Assembly (NCBI GenBank): GCA_037384425.1
Contig: JARROA010000037.1
Location: 1-32,000 of the forward strand
Direction of reading: 5' to 3'
From: Candidatus Thiodiazotropha sp.
GTDB lineage: Bacteria > Pseudomonadota > Gammaproteobacteria > Chromatiales > Chromatiaceae
Length of the DNA: 32,000 bases
In this document: positions 27,422 through 32,000 of the stretch, in pieces
Numbering within the stretch: position 1 is the stretch's first letter
Layout of the letters: the number at the start of each line of letters is the position of its first letter
Notes under the pieces: model-generated
The model's input: only the letters and a program-made list of their open reading frames with translations
Told to the model about the DNA's origin: nothing
Databases searched by the model: none
Translations under genes and position numbers: made by a program

Positions 27422-27732
27422 TGCGCAACGCTACCGATCTTGCTTTGAATCGATTCGACTTTGCTCTGCAGGCGCCCGACAGGGCCCTCACGATAATCGA
27501 CTTTGATGGCGGCGTAGATGCGCTGACAACCGCGATCCTGCAGCAGTTGGTTGCAGCGCGCCACCAGTGCCAGTGCGGTATCGATTTGTTCGGTTTCGAC
27601 AAGGGTGCCCATGGCCGTGAGGCGGTAATCGACGCCACTCTCTCTGATCAGTTCGATCAGCTGGCTGACATGCGCACTCAGGCTGTCCCCCTGATCGAGT
27701 GGAAACATACTGAATTCAAGTAACACCGACAC
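27418..27732 (-). CDS. MTH1187/YkoF-family (DUF77, UPF0045) small ligand-binding protein
   Basis: 104-aa ORF MSVLLEFSMFPLDQGDSLSAHVSQLIELIRESGVDYRLTAMGTLVE..., the characteristic DUF77 N-terminus and length. Confidence 0.7.
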   Translation of the reverse strand: MSVLLEFSMFPLDQGDSLSAHVSQLIELIRESGVDYRLTAMGTLVETEQIDTALALVARCNQLLQDRGCQRIYAAIKVDYREGPVGRLQSKVESIQSKIGSVAQ

Positions 27733-28207
27733 TGTCGATTCCTCCCTTGTTTTTGTTGGTATTTCAACAAGCTTAGTCGATTTTCAGAGGGGATTCCCCT
27801 GCATCTGAGTGGTTTGGGTAGGATGGCGGCTGGAGGCAGAGGAGGGTCGTCGGGTGGAGTTTACAATTCTTCACAGGCGGTCGCTTTCCCCGCCCGCAGG
27901 AAATACCTAAGCTGCATCTGCATACGAAGACGGCCAGCTGTCAGGCGTGACGAGATCAGGTTTTGAGCGTTGTCTCAACAAGTGGTTCTCCCGCATGACC
28001 CAGTGCCGTTGCAGCGGATGAATATCCCGTTATTCAGTATGTTTTTTGAGGAATATCTTTCCTATGCTTCTGATATAAATGCCGGCAACCGTCACCAGCC
28101 GGCATGGCGATAGGCGGACCATCAACCTGCAGCGATCGGTGGCATCTTTAATCAAGGAGATCGGGCAGGTGGCGTTCAGGAATTGAGTCAATACAAGGGG
28201 AATCACC

Positions 28208-29026
28208 GTGGAACTTTCAGTCGATACCATTCTAAACACCTACATCATCCCGTGGGGGACCAAGATCGTACTGGCGCTGCTGGTCTTCGTGATCGGTCGT
28301 TGGATTGCGAAGCTGCTCACCAGGGGCCTCGAGAAGGTCATGGTCAAGGGCAATGTCGATCAGATGCTGGTGAGCTTTCTCGGCAATATCGCCTATGCCG
28401 CCTTGTTGGCGGCCGTCGTGCTCGCGGCACTCGAGCAACTCGGGGTCAACACCACCTCCGCACTGGCCATTCTCGGTGCCGCCGGCCTCGCCGTCGGTCT
28501 GGCGTTGAAGGATTCACTGGCCAGTTTTGCCGCCGGTGTCATGCTGATTATGTTCCGTCCTTTCAAACTGGGTGATTTCGTCGAGGCGGGCGGTGTCGCC
28601 GGCGTGGTGGAGGAGATCCGCATCTTCCACACCATGCTCAAGACCGGGGACAACCGCGAGATCACCATGCCCAACGCGCAGATCTACGGTGGCACCATCA
28701 CCAACTACTCGGCGCGCGAGACACGGCGTATCGATCTGGTGATCGGTATCGGCTACGGCGACGATATCAAGAAGGCGCGTGACCTCATCAACCAGGTGCT
28801 GGAGGCGGATTCGACCGTGCTGAAGGATCCCGCACCCACCGTCATGCTGTTGGAGCTGGGTGCCAGCAGCGTCGATTTTGCGGTACGTCCCTGGGTCAAG
28901 AGCGGTGACTACTGGTCGACCCGGGCCGCCTTGCTGGAGGCGATCAAGACCACTTTCGACAAGGAGGGCGTCTCGATCCCCTATCCGCAACAGGATATCC
29001 ATCTGTTTCAGGAGAGCGCAGCTTAA
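28208..29026 (+). CDS. Small-conductance mechanosensitive channel (MscS family)
   Basis: 272-aa ORF with a GTG start preceded by AAGGGGA. It has three N-terminal helices, including the pore-helix pattern GAAGLAVGLALKDSLASFAAGVMLIMFRPFKLGDFVE, and then the beta-domain. Confidence 0.9.
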   Translation: MELSVDTILNTYIIPWGTKIVLALLVFVIGRWIAKLLTRGLEKVMVKGNVDQMLVSFLGNIAYAALLAAVVLAALEQLGVNTTSALAILGAAGLAVGLALKDSLASFAAGVMLIMFRPFKLGDFVEAGGVAGVVEEIRIFHTMLKTGDNREITMPNAQIYGGTITNYSARETRRIDLVIGIGYGDDIKKARDLINQVLEADSTVLKDPAPTVMLLELGASSVDFAVRPWVKSGDYWSTRAALLEAIKTTFDKEGVSIPYPQQDIHLFQESAA

Positions 29027-29080
29027 GGAAGCGCTCAGCATTCAACAACTCGAAGCAAAAATGCGTTTTGGAGGTAGGAC

Positions 29081-29878
29081 ATGCAATTAAAGAAAATCAG
29101 TTTGGTACTGGCACTGGTCCCGATGGCATTCAGCACCGCCGTCCTGGCCGAGAAGGGAGTAGCCTACGACGCCACCAAGATGGGTTGGCGGACCAGTTAC
29201 GGGGAGTGCTGGACCACCAACTATCGCGATGCGGATCCGGCGCCCACCGGCTGTTTCGGTGAGCCCGAGGGTGATGCCGACGGCGACGGTGTGCTCGACA
29301 GCAAGGATCAATGCCCCGGTACGCCTGCCGGCGCCAAGGTCGACGCCAATGGCTGTGAACTCGACAGCGACGGCGACGGTGTGGTCGACAGCAAGGATCA
29401 ATGTCCCGGCACGCCAGCGGGCGCCAAGGTCGATGCCAAGGGCTGTGAACTCGACAGCGACGGCGACGGTGTGGTCGACAGTAAGGATCAATGTCCCAAC
29501 ACACCGGCCGGAGCGACCGTGGATGCAAGGGGCTGTGCTGTCGGACTGGTACTGCAGAACGTCCAGTTCCAGACCAACAGCAATGTGCTCACAGCTGATT
29601 CGAAAGCGGTACTCGACAAGGTGGCCGATAGCATCAAGGCCCGTGGCGACATCACCTCGCTGACGGTTATCGGGCATACCGACTCGATGGGTGCCGCCGA
29701 ATACAATCAGAGTCTCTCAGAGCGCCGTGCCAAGGCCGTTGCGGACTATCTGGCCAGCCAGGGTGTGGACGCCGGTATCCTGAGTTCCAAGGGCATGGGC
29801 GAGAGCGCTCCGATTGCCGATAACGGAACCGCCGCCGGCCGTGCCCAGAACCGCCGTGTCGAGCTGAGGGTCAACTGA
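29081..29878 (+). CDS. OmpA-family protein with three thrombospondin type-3 (TSP3) Ca-binding repeats
   Basis: 265-aa ORF with a signal peptide MQLKKISLVLALVPMAFSTAVLA. It has 3x DGDGV(L/V)DSKDQCPGTPAGAKVD..GCELDS and a C-terminal OmpA_C domain (IGHTDSMGAAEYNQSLSERRAKAVADYL...NRRVEL). Confidence 0.92.
   Translation: MQLKKISLVLALVPMAFSTAVLAEKGVAYDATKMGWRTSYGECWTTNYRDADPAPTGCFGEPEGDADGDGVLDSKDQCPGTPAGAKVDANGCELDSDGDGVVDSKDQCPGTPAGAKVDAKGCELDSDGDGVVDSKDQCPNTPAGATVDARGCAVGLVLQNVQFQTNSNVLTADSKAVLDKVADSIKARGDITSLTVIGHTDSMGAAEYNQSLSERRAKAVADYLASQGVDAGILSSKGMGESAPIADNGTAAGRAQNRRVELRVN
29279..29542 (+). repeat. Three tandem 90-bp coding repeats (TSP3 units) inside the OmpA-family gene
   Basis: Units start at 29279, 29369 and 29459. 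Units 1 and 2 differ at about 8 of 90 positions. Unit 3 matches for about the first 40 nt and then diverges. Confidence 0.9.
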
Positions 29879-29902
29879 CCGGAACGCTTGCGTGGAGTCT
29901 GT

Positions 29903-29942
29903 GAGGCAACGGTGTGGCGACATGCCGTTGCCTCATTTTTTT
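29903..29942 (+). terminator. Rho-independent terminator after the OmpA-family gene
   Basis: GAGGCAACGG-12-nt loop-CCGTTGCCTC (10-bp perfect stem) followed by ATTTTTTT, 25 nt after the stop. Confidence 0.85.
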
Positions 29943-30039
29943 GTGAGCTGGGTTGATTCGAGCTGTCGGGAGGGACGATGATGGCCTCTAGGTTCAATGC
30001 CCAGATCTCATCTATTGCCATACGGTTAGAAAATAAAAA

Positions 30040-30729
30040 ATGATTCGAATCGCCTATCTGGAAGACGACAAGGTACAGTCGGCGGTGATGAAAGAGTGGC
30101 TGGAAGCCGAGGGGTTCGTCTGTCGCACATTTGATAACGCCGACAGCTTCATGAAGGAGCTGCGCCACGAGACCTACGATCTGCTGATCATGGACTGGGA
30201 GCTGCCCGGCAAGAGCGGGGTAGAGGTCCTCACCTGGCTCCGGGGTGAGCGCGAATGGGATCTGCCGGTCTTTTTCATCACCCATCGAGACGGCGAAGCC
30301 GACATCGTGGAAGCCTTGGAAAAAGGGGCTGACGACTATCTCACCAAGCCGGTCAATCGTGAGATCATGCTGGCGCGGGTCAAGGCGCTGGTGCGCCGGC
30401 ACAACACACGTCGTGATAGGCTCGATGTAGGGCCTTTCCAGCTCTTCAAGGAGACCAAGTCCCTGCTGATCGATGGCGCGCCGGTGGAGATGACCGACAA
30501 GGAGTTTCATCTGGCCTGGATGCTGTTCAGCAACATCGGGCGTCTGCTCTCGCGCGACCATCTACTGGAGAGTATCTGGGGCTTCGGTCCCGGTCTCATG
30601 ACCCGCACGGTCGATACCCACATCAGCCGCCTGCGTCGTAAGCTCTCGCTGACACCCGAGAACGGCTGGCGCCTGAAGGCGGTCTATCACCAGGGTTATC
30701 GCCTCGAACAGCTGGAGGAGTCCGACTGA
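30040..30729 (+). CDS. OmpR/PhoB-family response regulator (receiver plus winged-helix)
   Basis: 229-aa ORF. The receiver residues are intact (LEDD, LLIMDWELPG phospho-Asp, FFITHRD, YLTKP). The C-terminal trans_reg_C is present (LTDKEFHLAWMLFSNIGRLLSRDHLLESIWG...VDTHISRLRRKL). Confidence 0.93.
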   Translation: MIRIAYLEDDKVQSAVMKEWLEAEGFVCRTFDNADSFMKELRHETYDLLIMDWELPGKSGVEVLTWLRGEREWDLPVFFITHRDGEADIVEALEKGADDYLTKPVNREIMLARVKALVRRHNTRRDRLDVGPFQLFKETKSLLIDGAPVEMTDKEFHLAWMLFSNIGRLLSRDHLLESIWGFGPGLMTRTVDTHISRLRRKLSLTPENGWRLKAVYHQGYRLEQLEESD

Positions 30730-30828
30730 GTGCGGCGGGTTGAAAAAGGCCACATGCCCCATCAGCCGTTGAAGGCCATGAATCGACGATCACTAGGAAA
30801 CCTCCTGGGTGCACCTATCCGACAGAGC

Positions 30829-32000
30829 ATGAAGAAGCGGTTTCTCGGCCTGATGGGGATCCTGCTGCTGTTGCCCGTGCTGCTGCAGACAGCCGCGGCG
30901 GAGGATTGGGTCTACCGACTGCACAAGGGGGAGAACCTGACGCTGGTGGCCAAGCGGTTTCTCAAGCCGCAATTCACCACGGAGCAGCTGCAGGTCTACA
31001 ACGGCGTGCTCAAGGATCGGGAGATGCCGGTCGGCACCGAGATACGGGTGCCGATGGACTGGTTGAAGCAGTCCCTGGCCGGGGTCAAAGTACGCTTCGT
31101 GGTGGGCGAGGCCATGCTCTACCGACGCGGCAGCAACGAGGCCGAAGCCATCGAGCGGGGTGACGATCTGGCGGCCGGAGATCGCGTGGTGACGGCTGGA
31201 AAGTCGGCTGTATCGCTCGAGTTCGCCGACGGTTCCTATCTGCTCCTCGGGCCTGACAGCGAGGTGGTCTTCGACACCCTCTCCAGCTTTGAAGGCCAGG
31301 GCATGCTCGACACCCGGATCCGCCTGCAACGGGGGCGGCTGGAGAACCGGGTCAAACCACTCACCACCCCCGGCTCCCGCTACGAGATCCATACCCCGGC
31401 GGCGGTGACGGTGGTGCGTGGCACCGAATTCCGCATCGCCGCGCAGAGCGACGGGATCAGTCGCAGTGAAGTGACCGAAGGCCGGGTGAGTGTCTCTGCC
31501 GAGGGACAGGAGGTGTCTGTGGGCGCAGGCGAAGGCACCCTCATAGAACCCGGTCAACCGCCGGCGGTGCCCCGGCAGCTGCTGCCGGCACCGGATCTCT
31601 CCGGGATCGCGTCGCGATTCACCCGTCTGCCGTCAACCCTCGTGTGGCCGTCGCTCGACCAGGCCGTGGCCTATCGGGTGCAGCTGATGAATCCCGAGGA
31701 GGCTCCCGTACTGAACCAAAAGGTCAGCCTCCCCTCCATCGAGTTGCCCCAACTTGAGCCAGGTCCGTACGAGTTGCGGGTAAGGGGCATCGACGCGCTG
31801 GGATTGGAGGGCTTTTCGGCGCGACAGGGCTTCGAGCTGGTCTCCGCCCCTGAGCCGACGGCGTCCATCCCCAGCGCGGCGCCGCTGTTGTCACCTCCGG
31901 TGTTTCAGGGCGGCTGGATGGGGGTCACTTGGCAGCCCGCTGAAGGGGCCTGGTCGCATCGGGTGATGCTGGCCAGGGCCCCCTCCTTTGACGCCCCGTT
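30829..32000 (+). CDS. Secreted LysM plus FecR-domain protein (partial; continues past the window end)
   Basis: An open frame, absent from the track because no stop is reached. My own translation gives MKKRFLGLMGILLLLPVLLQTAAA (signal peptide). This is followed by a LysM-like YRLHKGENLTLVAKRFL...VYNGV...PVGTEIRVP, a FecR-like GEAMLYRRG...GDDLAAGDRVVTAGKSAVSLEFADGSYLLLGPDSEVVFD...VVRGTEFRI, and then repeat-like modules. An alternative in-frame ATG lies at 30778. Confidence 0.75.
   Translation, partial: MKKRFLGLMGILLLLPVLLQTAAAEDWVYRLHKGENLTLVAKRFLKPQFTTEQLQVYNGVLKDREMPVGTEIRVPMDWLKQSLAGVKVRFVVGEAMLYRRGSNEAEAIERGDDLAAGDRVVTAGKSAVSLEFADGSYLLLGPDSEVVFDTLSSFEGQGMLDTRIRLQRGRLENRVKPLTTPGSRYEIHTPAAVTVVRGTEFRIAAQSDGISRSEVTEGRVSVSAEGQEVSVGAGEGTLIEPGQPPAVPRQLLPAPDLSGIASRFTRLPSTLVWPSLDQAVAYRVQLMNPEEAPVLNQKVSLPSIELPQLEPGPYELRVRGIDALGLEGFSARQGFELVSAPEPTASIPSAAPLLSPPVFQGGWMGVTWQPAEGAWSHRVMLARAPSFDAP

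Noticed and set aside
27733-27900. Looked for a TPP riboswitch upstream of the DUF77 (thiamine-binding family) gene.
   Set aside because: I could not find the conserved CUGAGA and ACCUGAUCUGGAUAAUGCCAGCG-type elements on the minus strand.
28079-28105. 8-bp-stem hairpin ATGCCGGC-11 nt-GCCGGCAT upstream of mscS.
   Set aside because: There is no U-tract and no flanking promoter-like elements that I could place. It is an isolated hairpin of uncertain meaning.
29279-29542. Regularly spaced direct repeats that could be mistaken for a CRISPR array or VNTR.
   Set aside because: The repeats are contiguous 90-bp units with no spacers. They are in frame within an OmpA-family CDS and encode TSP3 Ca-binding motifs.
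29746-31557. 271-aa (29746-30561) and 254-aa (30793-31557) minus-strand ORFs.
   Set aside because: They are antisense to the response regulator and to the LysM-FecR ORF respectively. Both sense frames have clear domain signatures.
13707-32000. Searched the accessory half for defence systems, toxin-antitoxin pairs, integrases/transposases, prophage genes and tRNA attachment sites.
   Set aside because: No ORF shows nuclease, ATPase, reverse-transcriptase, recombinase or toxin signatures that I can recognise. The only mobile-element-like sequences are the two non-autonomous palindromic elements.

Overview
The window looks like a high-GC gammaproteobacterial chromosome, judged by gene content and order. 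It has two parts.

(1) Positions 1-13706 are core genome. They hold the last 10 codons of tuf, then the complete S10-spc-alpha ribosomal superoperon on the + strand: rpsJ-rplCDWB-rpsS-rplV-rpsC-rplP-rpmC-rpsQ, rplNXE-rpsNH-rplFR-rpsE-rpmD-rplO-secY-rpmJ, and rpsMKD-rpoA-rplQ. A strong intrinsic terminator closes it.

(2) Positions 13.8-32 kb are a mixed, more accessory-like stretch:
- an orphan b-type cytochrome and a SpoU/TrmH methyltransferase;
- a tightly packed 7-gene minus-strand array of two paralogous DUF1538 membrane proteins, a PII-like protein, a CBS-pair protein, ampD, ampE and a histidine phosphatase;
- a DUF1631-like gene split by a frameshift;
- two adjacent, apparently related long-palindrome (MITE/ERIC-like) elements;
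- FKBP-nadC;
- a 78-aa flagellar-rod-like mini-protein behind a near-consensus sigma-28 promoter;
- an EgtB-like sulfoxide-synthase homologue, a TusE/DsrC-like sulfur carrier, and a HugZ-like/DUF77 pair;
- MscS and an OmpA protein with three tandem TSP3 repeats;
- an OmpR-type response regulator, followed by a secreted LysM-FecR protein that runs off the window end.

I found no rRNA, tRNA, CRISPR array, transposase, integrase or recognisable defence genes. The best candidate for an undescribed system is the DUF1538x2 + PII-like + CBS cassette, a putative transporter with two stacked nucleotide-sensing regulators. It sits inside the otherwise conserved nadC|ampDE junction. All family assignments come from reading the translations by eye; no searches were run.
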